Shown here piece after piece: positions 1 through 14,318 of a DNA stretch of 64,000 nucleotides (its first letter is position 1; the number at the start of each line of letters is the position of its first letter). Location: the NCBI RefSeq assembly GCF_009834535.1, contig NC_045697.1:95978001-96042000 (forward strand), written 5' to 3'. The notes beneath the pieces were generated by a model. It was not told the origin of the DNA. It made no database searches and saw only the letters and a list, made by a program, of their open reading frames with translations. The position numbers and the translations under genes were made by a program. The DNA comes from Camelus ferus. Its lineage: Eukaryota.

Positions 1-3000
1 GAATTAAGAGGACAGTGAGTCGAAAAGGGCTGAAATAGATAAAGATACTAGGAGGTAACAATGAGCTGCCTCCTATAGGTTGTAAAGAAGTGTTTACATG
101 GAGGGGTAAGAAGAAATTATTTTGATGAGGAAAGTGAAATTGAGAACCATTTTTAATTTGAAACATAACAGAAAAATTTGAATCATAATTAAGCCTCTGT
201 CAAAAATGGTCTTGGTAAGAGTTTCTATGCTGTTTTCAAGAGAAATATCTTTTGAATTGTGCCTAACTCTGTAACTGACATTTGATTTCACTCTTGAGGT
301 TATTACAGATGAGGAGATGATTGAATGATAGGGTTATGAGTCCTCAATGACAGGTTTCTTTCTTAAATTGAAAATGATGGTGGACAAAAGCTGCTCAGGT
401 AATTTAATGTTTGTGCTTGAAGCTTTACTCAAATCATCCTTTAATTTTAAAGCATCTTCAGCTACAGATTCTTAGTAAACCAGTTTCATAATTTCAGATA
501 TTGTATGCACTCTGAAGTGACATTTGAATAAATGAAATATTTTTCATTAACTTTGTTGCCCTTTAAGAGTTTCTAAGATATCACACATTGGACAAGTTTT
601 AGATAAGTTAACCTTAACATATTCCTTAAAAGATATGGTAAGTATGCAAATATGCCTCATAAAACAACTTTTATCTAGAAACACATAGAGGAAGGTAATC
701 ACTAGCATCACAGTTTTTCAGCCTTAATTTGATTTGAAAGATGAAAAGTATTAATTCTATTTGATCTATTTGATCTAAATAACATTTCCAAATGCAAACA
801 ACAAAATCTCAATGTTCATTGTTTATTTAATCTTTTTTCTAGCTTTATCGCAGATTTTATTTATACGATAGATGCTTTAAGGGAAAATAAAGATATATGT
901 GGTTGAAATCTTGAGCATATGCTGTGGCAACATTTCTTATTTCAAATCCACTTTTCAACATGAGCAGATAAACCAACAGAAGATGCCTGAAGGAAAATAC
1001 AAAATCACATTAAAATATTCCCAGTTTTAAGACATTAAAAACTGAATACCAAAGCCTGCTTTATTCAAATATCACATAAACTTTTAACATTGTTATCAAT
1101 CGATGCATAAATATGCTAAATTTTAAAAGAAATTATATTTACATACAAGTTATTTCATTTTTGCTTTGTTGTTTATCTCTAAGTATGTATGTTGATATAT
1201 ATTTTTGGTGTATCATATAAAATATGTAGATTTAACTCATTGTTACTACTTGTTCAATTAAGGGTAAGGACTGAAGTCAAATAAAAGAGAAAGAACTGAA
1301 GAAACTTTAGAAAAACTGAAAAAAAAAAAAACCACGTTACTGAAGTGCTGACATTAAAGAAGGATGGGACAAAAGAAAGAGTTAGGGAGGGAGACACTCA
1401 TCAGATCGTGGAAGGACCATGTTAAGAAAATGTATCCAAACATAACAAATATGAGTCAGGGAAATCGTGTTTGCATTTTTATAGTAGTGTGTTAAAATGG
1501 CATAAAAAAAAATTCAATGTTGAATAAAAATAAAATATTATTTTTATCTATGTAAGAAATACAACAACAAAATCTTTTTTCTGTCTCCTATAAACAGACA
1601 TAGATATGCTAATAACTGATTATTTGTTTAGAACTTTATATTGAAAAGAATCATAATTCATATTAAAATTATTGTGAATTAGACATATAGTCACATGAAG
1701 TATTGGTTAAAAATGTATTTCTAATTAAAATAGAGAAAATTCTGTATTGCCAAGTATCATTCCTCTGTACATCTTAATCACTATCATCTCAGGAGCTTGA
1801 AAAAAAAAAATTACTGGGCCTAAACCCAGATATTTTGATTAAGTAGTTGTCAGAGATCATAAAAATTTTTACTAAATCAATGATCAGTATCTTGACCAGA
1901 CTTCTTAAATTCTGACAACAGACTTTATCTGGAAGTCTCAGTGTATGAAACACTATTTCCAAACTGATCATTCCTCCAATCTGAGAAACTTCCTAAGAGT
2001 AATGGGATATAACTCAGAGGCAACTCTCCTAAATAGTATACAAAGCAGTTGAGTGATATAGGCAGATAAGGGAAAGAGACTATATACACAAATTTGAAAA
2101 AAATAATTGTTTAAGCAAAGTTAAATCATTTCCTATTTCAGAGGTTTATTTCAAAGAGCATTTATTGCACTATTGCATATTATGCATCTCAGAGAAGTCA
2201 TAATGCACAACATTTCTTGAACCAATTTCCCAGAAATGTATTTTACTGGGAACATTTCTACAAGGCTAGAGTTGAGCTGAACATACTTTAGAAAATGCCA
2301 CTTTAAAACAGACTGAATTACAAAAAAAAAAAAAAATGGAATGCTTATCAGCTTCTAGATTCTGATGTTAGAAAAGTTAATTAAAATGTCAGATGGCTAG
2401 AAAGTGGTGACAAGGATAATTATATTGAAAAAGAAGAGAGGAAGAGAATGGAAAGGCAGTGAGGTGTACTAGGATGAATATTAGAATGAGTCACTAGACC
2501 AAGCTTCAGTCCTGACCTGAAGTAAATACGCTACGTACGTGAAATTGTGCAAGCTATTTAACAATTTGGTCCAATGTTTAAAATGAAGCTTAGCTGAAAG
2601 ATCCCCAAGATCTCTCCTATTATTGAACTCGAATGCTTTCAATCATTGAAACAAACTCACACAGAGTGCTAAGAATGTCTTAATTAATATTTTTCTAGTC
2701 ATAGAACACAGACCTATGCAAAGTTAATTCTCTTTATGAATTATGAATTTGATGTTATATTAAAGAGGACTCCATCTATGTAAGCACAGTCGAGCCAAAG
2801 ATAAATTAATAAAAAAGAAAGAAGTAGGAGTCATAACGCGAGACACTCAGTTTTCTTGGGTTGCAGAGAAGTAGTTTGATGATTACTGGTGGCAGCCCCT
2901 CTCCCATCATTTCCTTCTCTTTCTGCACTATTGGTTAAAGTCACTGGTTGACTGGACAACCTCTCTAATATTGGGAACTCATGGGGTTTTATAGCAGGAC

Positions 3001-3399
3001 AATACTTTTGTAGCACTAACTTTTGTGTATTTTTGTCTCTTAGGTTTTTTATCCTTACTACTCTCCCTTTAATTTAGAAAGCTGGCACTAAGGACACTGA
3101 TTCAGAATAAAAGAGGTCACAGGACATAAAACATAAAAGACAGAAATCTGATTTTGGTTTCCAAATACTCTCCTCACAATAGGAAGACAAAGGACAGGAT
3201 CCATAGAAAAGTATTTGTGATAATTATCATTTGAAGAGAGTGTGGTTTCCCTCAGAGACTAGAAAACTTTTATTTTGAGCCTGGGAAAAGGGAAGAAAAA
3301 TGACAGGTAATGGAATTGGAAAAGCCACTAGTGAATTTGCCAATGGAGCTGCTAGCTTTCCACCCAAACTGGTTTTCTTTCTTTCATGACAATTATGGC

Positions 3400-3804
3400 C
3401 AGACACATTTCTGCCAAGTCAGTCGGCTCACACCAGCTTCCTTTGCAGTTACTTATAAGCAAGTAACTACCTACGGAATTTGTGCAGAAGTGATAGGTGC
3501 CATTTCCAGTCTGGGAATGGAGACATCAGGAGTAAATCCTCCACCCACACGTCCTCCAGTTGTCACGAGAGAGTGGCAATGAAGCCTCCATCATGCAGAG
3601 GATGGCAATTCTCTCAATGGTGGTGGAACAATGGCTTCAAAGGAAGCTGAATTTCTGAATAATCATGAATATCAGAAATGTTCCTGAGAGGGGGAACACT
3701 CATACTGTGACTGTTACACAAGAGAAAAGTAAACTCATTGTCTTTATGCTACTATAATTTGAGTTCTTTTGTTTTAATAGCTTAGCTTGGCCCCAATTAA
3801 TATA
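3400..3804 (+). mobile_element. Old MaLR LTR fragment (MLT1I/J/K-like)
   Basis: MLT1-type 3' end 'gagaaaagtaaactcattgtcttta...gctactataatttgagttcttttgttttaatagcttagc...aattaatata'; boundaries approximate. Confidence 0.55.
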
Positions 3805-4349
3805 CTCTATTACATGAAAATCCCTTAGAAAATTTCCAGTCACATACTGTTGACTCTTTCACTCATTACTAGTATTATTAATAGCAATAATAAGTATTAT
3901 GAGATTGTATGTAGAAAGGTTCTAATTGAAATAGACTACAGGGAAAGAAATGTTGGGTTCTTATTTCCAGAGATGGAAATCAGGGACCTTGAAGCAAAGA
4001 AAATAACACAAATGGCCTTGCCTTGGAGCTAAGTCTAGAGTCATCATCAACAGAGCACTCAGATATCATTCCAGTGACGATAATTCCTTTATCAACTTCT
4101 AGACACAATGCTGAAAAATGTTTCCAGGAGTTCTTCTAGCACCACCTTGAATGATTATCATATACATATGATATCCTGCTCCCAGGCAGTTATGTAAACT
4201 CTGTTTCCCATAATAAGATGAGGAGGCATTTTTTTGATAGCATCCAGCACTTCTTATAAGAAGTGCCCAGAAATAGTAACATCTGTCAGTGCCCTAAGAC
4301 TTCACATGACTTCCACTGGACTTGCTGATGCAATCAACACCATTTGTCA

Positions 4350-4748
4350 TTTAACAGGTTGCTAAAACTCCTCGTGTACGCTGTGTTAAGGCACACAGAC
4401 TTCATTTTCAGTTAAGTCCCTCTCCAGCAATTATCTTCAGCCTAAGAGAGTCAGCCACCTCTCCAAAGGTCCTGCTTCCCTCTTTGGAGGCAGCCCACAG
4501 CAAATGATCAGTAGATGGTAGATTATAAAAACCCATAGAACCATGTTCACAACTGAGGCCACCCTGCAGAACCATCCCAACTGGGCCAGAGCTCCTTTTT
4601 AGTTGCAACTGTATCACAGTTCAATTTCTCCTTCTGGTTGCTTCCTTCAACCTTCAGATTTTGGTTTTTTCCTTAGGGAACATTCCAATTAACCTTCAGA
4701 ACAAAAATCTCAGAATCTCAGAACTTGTTCTCTGGAAATCTAACTTGC
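4350..4748 (+). mobile_element. ERVL LTR, LTR16-like
   Basis: Motifs 'ggcagcccacagcaaatga', 'ttcaatttctccttctg', and end 'aatctcagaacttgttctctggaaatctaac' resemble the LTR16 family (recalled). Confidence 0.55.
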
Positions 4749-6316
4749 TGTTGTAAGAAGAAGAGAAAGAGAGTGATGGCATGTAGAGATAGTGGTATTA
4801 AGTTTTAAGCTGGCAGCTATAATTTTGTAGGGAAGCTCACAGTTGTGGGGTGAATAGTATCAGCTTATCATTTCACTGATCAAAATAGTGAAAAATATCC
4901 ATTCCCATTGCATGTTTTCAATTTAATTTCATCTCATGCACATAAAAGTTACACTTCCAGTCATTGCCAGAATGAGCATAGACTTGGGTTTGTATCTTGA
5001 AAGTTATTATGTGACTTTCATCCGTTTGTTCAATATATAAATATTTTTAGGCTTCCTAGTGAAAAACACTATGAAAGTTTCTGGGAAAATTTACAAACAG
5101 ACTTTATGCTCTTCCTCATCGTTCTTAAAGCCTAAGAGTGAGTTTCAATAAACAATTATAAATGCTATAAATCAATAGTTCGTTAATCCCAAAGTCCCAT
5201 TTGTTAATATAAAAAAAAAATAGGAGTCAACATAGTGTAAAGCTGTTGTTACGATAGAACATACCAACATAATGAAAGTCATCGGGCACAGAGCAACTTG
5301 ATGCATTTAAATATTCTATATACAAAGACGAGGAAGGACTGATGATTTGTTTTCTGATTAAAAGTCCTTCATATAAATGCATTTGTTCAACTTATTGCAG
5401 ATAGAAAATATACCAGAATAAAGAGGGATCATTATATTTATTCTATATAAAACTCAGCTACCAGGACACACCTGTAGCAAAGTTTCTAAGGCAAGACAAA
5501 ATGTGACTTTCAGTTCTGAAGAAAACTATAACCCAGCACAAACATCATGATCTTTTCCAAAATTTCTCTACAGACTTAGTGCATTACTTAGAACAATTTA
5601 GACACTTCCAAAGCAGATTCAAATTTTTGTGTACATCATCAATATCATTGTAGCTAACAAATATTGAATGTTTATTATGTGCCAAATTCTATGCTTTTTC
5701 TATTCTTTTCATTTATTGTAGAAATGACCACATGTGGTACACAAATTCCCAGACAAGCACAATGCTACGGTGAAGTTTAATTTTCCGTTTAGAGAAAACA
5801 ATACCCATTGTTCCTATTAAAATTTCTGGAGTTATGTTTTCCTTAGAATAGCATTAAATACATTTTATTGTTCTTTGTTCTTCAGCTATCAACAAATAAA
5901 CACAGCTAATCACCCTGTCCTCCCTAGAATGTGTGAACATATAACTTTCATAACCTGTTAATATTCTTTAGAGACTTACATGGCATGTTTTAAAGAGACT
6001 TTAGATCACCTGACTCAAGCCTGCCATATTGCTTGAAATAACCTATATTAGACACTACGGAATTTGATGGAGAACTTTTCTTTGTAATTAGAAGATTAAT
6101 TTTCTAAAGTTCAGTTGATTTGGCTACCCTTTCTCCAATCCATTATGATGGATCAAAAGAAATTTAATAAAATGGGACTTGGGACAGATAAGTTGTGGGG
6201 AATCAAGTTTAGAAAAGAATGTTATCATGAGTAATAAGCAATCAGTAAAAGGTGATACTGCATAGAATAATTATATTACTGAAATAAGGAATACTTCATG
6301 CAGATTTCATGCAGAA

Positions 6317-6665
6317 GCAGTACTGTGTGATGGTTAAAACCCTACCCTTGAGGAAGAGTAGCCCTGGATTCAAACCTTGGCTGTTACATATGTGATTTGA
6401 GGGAATACATTTACCCTCTCTTTGCTTTAATTTCTTATACAAAATTGGGATCTTACTATTAATTAGCTCAATTTTTGTTTATATATGTGATATTTTTCTT
6501 TATATATGTGATTTTGTAGAAGGGATTTACCCTCTCCCTACTTCAATTTCCTTTTTATAGAAAATAAGGATCCTAATAGTAACTACCTCACTGGGCGAAA
6601 GTAAGTGTTGAATGTAAAGCACTGTTGAGGAGCACTTGGCATGTTAGAAGCACTGCTAGCTGTTA
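6317..6665 (+). mobile_element. MIR SINE with internal duplication
   Basis: 'gcagtactgtgtgatggttaaaa...cctggattcaaaccttggct...aaataaggatcctaatagtaactacctca...gtaaagcact...cacttggcat'. Confidence 0.7.
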
Positions 6666-9600
6666 CTAATACTCATTCTCAACAGATTTTATTTAGTTAG
6701 TTTGGTAGGTATATAGGTGAATAGATAAGTGGATCTAGCCAGTTTAGTTTATTTTTTATGTTTCTAAAAGGCCTACTTTGCAAATTTCACTAATAACACA
6801 GTGAATATAATTTTATAAAATGTTATTAAAATATTTTAATTGATTCATATATTCTTTAATAAAAATCACAATAATTTTATATTAATTCCAATTATGATAG
6901 TGTAACTTTTTCCCCTGATCATCTTGCTCAACAGTGTTATGTGGGCTGAGATTGAGAATGTTGCTGGATCTGCTGTATAGACTACCAGCATGAGTAACTT
7001 GTTTGATCATATGTTGAAAGAAGCAATTGACCTTTTTTGATCATCATCTATATGACAAATTCTGGGCTAGCTTAATTACATGAATGATACCCTGCCTAAA
7101 ACTAAATTATGTACAGTGACTAATAGTCCTAGTTAATTTTGTTAAATTATGTGAGTTGTGTAGAATCAGCTCAATTTCATAAATGGGATATTTGAGCTTA
7201 AAGAAGTTATCTACAGATATAATTAGAGAAGACTTCTGTAGTAAAGTTAATAAAGAAACAACTGAAAAGTTGGAAATTGCTAAAATTCAAACTTTCTTAC
7301 AAACTTTCCTTGCAATATATATACAAAAAGGTATTTTAACCTCTCAGTGGGAGTGTAAGTGTTGAGCTCTGACTCCAAAATGGATGATTTGAGAGATATA
7401 TTCCTATGGGAAGTTAAAATACTTTTCATTTTTATTTTATGCATTAAGGAATTTTTGTGGTCGAATGAAAATAGTTGAAATTTCTAATTTGTGTCTATCT
7501 TTAACTTGTGGAGTTAGTAAGTGTGAAAAATGTGATTCATTTTAGCAGATATTTTCATCAGAAATGTCTGTTATACCTTTTAAAGAATTCTCTTTCATTT
7601 ATATTTAAAATGTACTACTTTAGAAGTACTCTGAAAATCTGTGGCTGGATTAATGATGACTTTCTGGGAAATAAAGCAATATACATAAATTATTGTAATG
7701 CTAAGTGAAAAAAATATGAAATTCTTAGTGAGTAAATATCTGGTTTTTACATTAAATATCTGGGAAAAAATCTGAAATTTCTATTAACTAGATTAATGGA
7801 CATAACTCGTTGAGAAAATACCTGAATTTCTATTAAACTACCTCTTGGAAGGCATATAAATTTTTACAAGGATTTCTGATAATAATGTATCACAACTCTG
7901 GTTGAGTTTTTATATCTACCCATATACCTAGATAATTCTAAGTGTCTTTTAAATATATCCACTTCTACAAATGTTTCTTTTAAAACTATGTATGTAGTAG
8001 ATAAAAGAATACAGTTAACAAAAGAATGGCTTGTGTGAAAGATGTTTATGTTGTCATATTACTAATTTAAAAAACTCTATTATCTATTAAAAGGAGTTGT
8101 CAGAAGGCTAGACACAAATGAATAATTGGTTTTCTTCCCCCTAAACTTTCTGGGTATTTGAATTAATTTTGTTATTTGTATAAATGTTGCCCAGTCAGTC
8201 CAAATGTTTATAGAATTTTACATTGCATGAAGGAATGCACAGAAATCAGCAAAAAATGTGGGCAGGATATTAGTGCCTGATGGTATGTTCAGAATTTTTA
8301 TGGATGCTAACTGTTATTTATCAGTGTCTGACACACCCCTTCAATTCTGAAAATTGTCCTGTCATGAATATATCTAGAAGGTGATACTCTTTTTCTCTGG
8401 CTAGTAATCCTGTATTTTCAACAATTAAAATGCACTTATTAGTGTACAGGTTTTCAGATTGAATTTTCCTGTTTAATAAAATGCAAATGTATACACTAAT
8501 TAAGATATCACTGAACTAGAATACCTCATTAAGTTAAAATCATTCCATGCCTATGATGTAAGTGAAAAAGAAGAGGTGTTAATTCGGTTCACCAGCAGCT
8601 ATCATCTGAGGCACCACAGGTTATAGTAGACTAATGATGATCCCCAGGCCTGTCTCTAGGCCAATTTTTGAAATTTGGAATCTGTCCTTAATATAACAAA
8701 GATATATTTACCATTTCCACCACCACTACTACTGCTGATGTCTATCATCATTGAGTGCTAGGATTTCCCAGGTAAGTGGATAATTGTATACATGTATTAA
8801 GTCATGTGTCTCTAAGACTCTATTCTTTCTTTTTGCCTCACTGGATTTAGAGTATCATTGAGACTATCTTTATCCTAAGAGAGGCTATATATGAGTTTTA
8901 CAGCTGACTCAAAGAAACACTAACTCAAAGAAATGTGAACAATGGACAATGTATCCCTGCATGTTGACAGAAAGAGTCAAATTGTTAAAGTTAACTCAGG
9001 AAAATTATATATCTTACCTACATCAAGTTTTACTAGTAATTTAAAAGTGGCAGGCATGTATCATGAACATATGTGCCACGTTTTTCCCGGAGAAACCCCA
9101 AAATAGTCTGCTGAACCTCCCTTAAAAAGCTGTCTTTTTCCTCTGCATTTTTTTTTTTTTTTTTACTTTGGGGAAAAGCAGACAAGTTTTTAAATTATGT
9201 ATGTAAAAACACTGATATAGAAGGGAGATATTTTGGTCTTGCAATATCTTCATTTTATTCTCCATTAATTACACAGCCTATGTGACCATCCCTATTCTAC
9301 ATACTTCATAAATCCACAAATTTCAGGTTTGTTTTCCACAAACAATCTAAATAGATGCCTGTATAAACTGATTAAAAGAAAAACATATTATACGCATGCT
9401 CACGCTTTTTTGTAAATACCATTACTTACTGTGTGTTGAGGGATGGATGTCTGATCAAGAGCATTCATTCCCCAAAAACTCCTGGCTAGGGAGTAACTGT
9501 GCATAGGCCTGCTCTCAAACTTTTCTTTCCTGCTCTGTACCAAAAATAAGTAGACATCGAAGGGGACAAAAATAAGCTGTCAGAGTACCAAAAGCTATCA

Positions 9601-10299
9601 AGCATCATTTAATTTGAACTTCTTTAGACTTTATACTGAGTAACAGAGACTCAAAGATAGAAGGAAGATCCTGAGATGAGCCTAATGTTTATCTAGGGGT
9701 CAAATGTCATGATTACTAGTGATAGAGTTTAAAAGAAGATAATCACCTAGAGAGAATGTACAATTTAGGTTAAGAGAGCTAACTTAGGAAATGTTGATTC
9801 CTATAAAAGATTTAATTTCTTACTTTTTCTTAGATTGTGTGGCATAATATATTTAAAAAATATAACTATTATTGTTTCTTTCTGTGTGATGTGTATCATC
9901 ATTTAAACCTTTAAAAACATTATGCACTGAAAAATTCTTGTGCACTAACTTGTATTATTATTATCTCATCTATCCCATGATTAGAGGAAGTAGTTGATGC
10001 TAAGAACAAGAGGGAAGCTAGTATGTATTACTGAGATTTGTAAGACCTGTCCTCAGGTTGTCAACTAGTTCCCTTCTTCTTCTATTTCTTCATTTACACT
10101 TCTATTTCAACATTAATTTCCACATAGAATTACATCAGTCTTGTTATATAAGAAGTAAGTTAGGAGCAGCTAACTGATTGAAAACACACAAAAAGAAATT
10201 CTACCTGTAATACATACAATAATTTAGGCATAAGCTTTGAATATGATGTACAGATTTGGATATGTAAAATCATGGGTTTTAAGGAAGGATAAGTATCTT

Positions 10300-11098
10300 G
10301 TAGGATAAATAATAAATACACAAAAATTGTATTTATATATTTTATATATGGAAAACCTAAAAATAAATTAAGAAAACAATTCTATTTCCAGTGGCATCAA
10401 AAAGAAAATATTTAGGAATAACTTTAACAGAAGGAGTACAAAACTATACTGAAAAATAGAAAACATTATTGAAAGAAATTAAAGAAGACCTAAATAAATA
10501 GAAAGACATTCTATGTTTATGGCTAAAAGACAATGTTAGTAGATGGCAATACACCCCAAATTATCCACAGATTCAATGATATCATTATCAAACTAATCTG
10601 CCAATTTTGCAGAAATCATGTAGCTGACCCTAAAGTTAATATGAGAATGTAAGGAACCCAGAAGAGTAAAAACCATCTTGAAAAAGAACAACAAAATTAG
10701 AGCCTCACACTTCTGATTTCAAGCTTACTACACAGCTGCAGTATTTAAGGTTGTGTGGTGTAAGAACAGGCCTATAGATTAATCTAATAGAATTGAAAGT
10801 CAAGAAATAAATCTTTACTTTTTTAGTCAATTGATTTCTAACAAGGTGCCAAGATATTTCAGTGGAGGAAAATAGTCTTTTTCATAAATGATTCTGGAAT
10901 AACTGGATATCTACATGCAAAAGAATGGATTTGGACCTTTAAATTATACCATGCACAAAAAAATAACCCCAAATGGATCATAGATCTAAATGTAAGAGTT
11001 AAATTTATGAAAATCCTAGGCCAAAAGATAGGAGTAGACCTTTTTAACCTTAGGCAAGTCTTCTTGGAAAAATCACCAAAAGCAAAAGCAATATAATA

Positions 11099-11136
<38 letters not shown>

Positions 11137-11206
11137 CTACATAATGGACTTTATCAAAATTAAAGACTTCTATGTTGCAAGTGATACCATCAAAAGGTGA
11201 AAGGCA
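10300..11206 (+). mobile_element. Old L1 (L1MB/MC-type) ORF2 fragment, 5' part, interrupted by a younger L1
   Basis: Degenerate ORF2 motifs (ttgaaagaaattaaagaagacctaaataaatagaaagacatt; acaaggtgccaaga; aactggatatctacatgcaaaagaatg); sequence resumes colinearly at 12464. Confidence 0.85.
11100..11134. repeat. (TG)n microsatellite, ~17 units
   Basis: Direct reading. Confidence 0.95.
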
Positions 11207-12448
11207 CACTATAACCCTCTTAGAAGAAAACATAGGCAAAACATCAGACATAAATCTTAGCAATGTTCTCTAGGGTAGTCTACCCAGACAATAGCAATAA
11301 AAGCAAAAATAAACAAATAGGACCTAATTAAATTTATAAGCTTTTGCATAGCAAAGGAAACCGTAAGTAAAACAAAAAGACAATCTACAGAATGGGAGAA
11401 AACATTTGCAAAAGATGAGACTGACAAGGACTTAATTTCCAGAATATATAAACAGCTCTCACAACTTAATAAGAAAGAAAAACAAACAACTCAATCCAAA
11501 AATGGGCAGAAGACCTAAACAAGCAATTCTCCAATGAAGACATAAAATGGTCAATAAGCACATGAAAAAATGCTCAATATCACTAATTATCAGAGAAATG
11601 AAAATCAAAACTTCAATGAGGTATCACCTCCCACCAGTCATAATGGCCATGATTCAAAAATCCACAAATGCTGGAGATCGTGGGGAGAAAAGGAAACCCT
11701 CCTATGCTGTTGGTGGAAATGTAGTTTGGTACAGCTGCTATGGAAAACAGTATGGAGATTCCCCAAAAGCCTAAAAATAGACTGACCATATGATCCAGCA
11801 ATCCCACTTCTGGGCATATATCTAAAGGGAACTTTAATTCGAAAAAATACATGCAATACAATGTTCATAACAGCACTATTTACAATAGCCAAGATTCCAT
11901 CAACAGATGACTGGATAAAAAAGTTATGATATATTTATACAATGGAATACTACTCAGCCATAAAAAATAGTAAAATAATGCCATTTGCAGCAACATGGAT
12001 GGACCTGGAGATTGTCATTTTAAGTGAAGTAAGCCAGAAAGAGAAAGAAAAATACCATATGATATCACTTACATGTGGAATCTAAAAATAAGACAAATGA
12101 ACTTATTTACAAAACAGACTCCAGACATAGAAAACAAACTTATAGTTACCAGGAGGTGAAGAGGGTGGGAAGGGATAAATTGGGAGTTCGAGATTAGCAG
12201 ATACTAATTACTATATATAAAACAGATAAACAAGTTTCTACTGTATAGCACAGGGAACTATATTCAATATCTTGTAGTAATCTATAATGAAAAATAATGT
12301 GAAAATGATTATATGTATTTATATGTATGACTGAACTATTATGTCGTACACTAGCAATTGACACAACATTGTAAACTGACTATACTTCAATAAAAAATAA
12401 AAATAAAAAATGTAAAACTGAATTAAAAGTGGGCACAAAACAAGAAAA
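11207..12448 (+). mobile_element. Younger 5'-truncated L1 (ORF2 3' end + 3' UTR + A-rich tail), nested in the older L1
   Basis: ORF2 C-terminal peptides ([40 protein letters not shown]); 3' end 'gactatacttcaataaaaaa'; 15-bp TSD AAAAGGTGAAAGGCA at 11192-11206 and 12449-12463. Confidence 0.95.
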
Positions 12449-12463
12449 AAAAGGTGAAAGGCA

Positions 12464-13372
12464 ACTCACAGAATGAAAAAAAAAAACACGTGAAAGTCAT
12501 GTTATCTGATAAGGAACCTGTATCCAGTATCTAGAAAGAACTCTTACAACTCAATAATAAAAAGGTAAATAATTAAATACGGTAAATTATATGCAAAGAC
12601 ATTTCTCCAAAGGGGTATGTAATATGAACATACAAAGTTGGTCATCATCATTAGTCATTAGTGCACTGCATACAGAAATCACAATGAAATACAACTTCTC
12701 ACCTACTAGGAATGCACTGGTCAAAATGTCAGTGTTGACAACAAGTATGTGAAGAATTGGAGCTTTATATATATCGTTAGCAGAGATGCAAAATTGTGCA
12801 CTTACTTTTGAATACAGTTTGTCAGTTCTTCAAAAACTTAAGAGTTAAAAATTTTACCCAAGAGAAATGAAAATATAAGTCCACAAAAAATGTATGCATA
12901 AATGTTCAAAATGGCATTATTTATAATAGCCAAAAATTATACACTACTCAAACCATCAACTGATGAATGGATAAATAACCATGGCATAGCCATGCAATGA
13001 ATGCATTTTGGCAACAAAAAAAGAGTGAAGTATTGACACATTCTGCAATATGGATGAACCCAGAAAATATTATGCTAAATGAAAAAAAAAATCAGAAAAG
13101 ATCACATATTTTATTATTCCTTTTATATAAAATGTCCAGAAAAGGCAAATTTGTAGAGACATAAAATAGCTTCGTGTTGCCTAGGACTACTGGGATGGGT
13201 AGATGAGGAGTGACTATTAATGGATAAGAGGCTTCTTGTCTTGAGATGTAAGTATTCTAAAATCAGGGTGATGTAATGGTTCACAACTCTTTGAATATAC
13301 TACAAAAATTGTATTGCTACAGTTTAAAAACGTGAATTCAATGTTATATAAATTATATCTCAGTAAAGTTAC
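12464..13372 (+). mobile_element. Old L1 (L1MB/MC-type), 3' continuation to its 3' end
   Basis: Continues 'aaaggca|actcacagaatg'; ends 'gtgaattcaatgttatataaattatatctcagtaaagtt'. Confidence 0.85.
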
Positions 13373-13399
13373 TGCTTTTCCTTTTTAAAGATCATTAGA

Positions 13400-13960
13400 G
13401 TATAAAAGTACAAACTACAATTTGGAGAAGACATTTTTAAATATAAATAATGGTAAAAGAATTTGTGGGCCAAATATAGTCTAGCCTCTCTGAACAACAC
13501 CTGTAAATCAACAGAGGGAAAAGCAACAGAAAAAAACAAATGAACGAAAGACATGATCAAGTGGTTTATTAAAGAGGATATTCAAATGGTCAACAAAGAT
13601 ACAGTGATGCTCAACCTCATTGTTCATCAGGTAAATGCAAATTAATTACAATGAGATCCATCTTTATACACTCAGAATATCCAAATACAACCCTTGGAAA
13701 TATCAAAAGTAAACAAGCATAGATAACTTTCATGTAAAGGTAGTAAGAGTGTAAATTGATGTAAGTACTTGGGGGAACTTTCTGGTATTATCTACTAATT
13801 TTCACATATATACATATACTTGAGGAACCAGCAATTCTTATACAAAATAAGAGAAGTGAACTGGAATGTTTATAACTGTATAATTCACAGATGTCCCAGT
13901 TTGAAAACAACACTGTCACTGGTACAAATGACAGATGATTTGTGATACGCTCACACAGTG
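13400..13960 (+). mobile_element. Highly diverged L1 ORF2 3' fragment (L1ME-like)
   Basis: 'aaagaggatattcaaatggtcaacaaa...gatgctcaacctcattgttcatcaggtaaatgcaaattaa...acaatgagat'. Confidence 0.6.
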
Positions 13961-14318
13961 TGCTATAGTCTGAGTGTTTAGGTCCACCCAAAATGCATTT
14001 GTTGGCATCCTAATGTCCGATGTGATGATATTAAGAGGTAAGGCATTTAGAAGGTGCTTAGATCATGAAGGTAGAGCCCTTATGAATGGGATTAGTCTCC
14101 CTATAAAAGAAGCCCAGAGAGCTTGCTAACCTCTTTTCACCATGTGAGGACACAGGAAGAAGGTGCCGAGTATGAACAAGGAAGAGGGCCCTCAGCAGAA
14201 TACGACCATGATGGAGCCTTGGTTTTGGAATTCCTAGCCTCCAGAACTGTGAGAAATACATTTCTGTTTATAACCTACCCAGTCTGTGTATTTTATTTTA
14301 GCAGCCCAGACCATGACA
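13961..14318 (+). mobile_element. MaLR LTR, MLT1A/MLT1A0-like, complete
   Basis: Starts TGCTAT and ends GACA; contains 'gatcatgaaggtagagcccttatgaatgggattagt', 'ccatgtgaggacacag', 'cctagcctccagaactgtgagaaatacatttctgttt'. Confidence 0.9.

Noticed and set aside
10859..11263. 134-aa ORF with a THTHTH repeat
   Set aside because: Antisense of L1 sequence spanning a (TG)n microsatellite and an insertion junction
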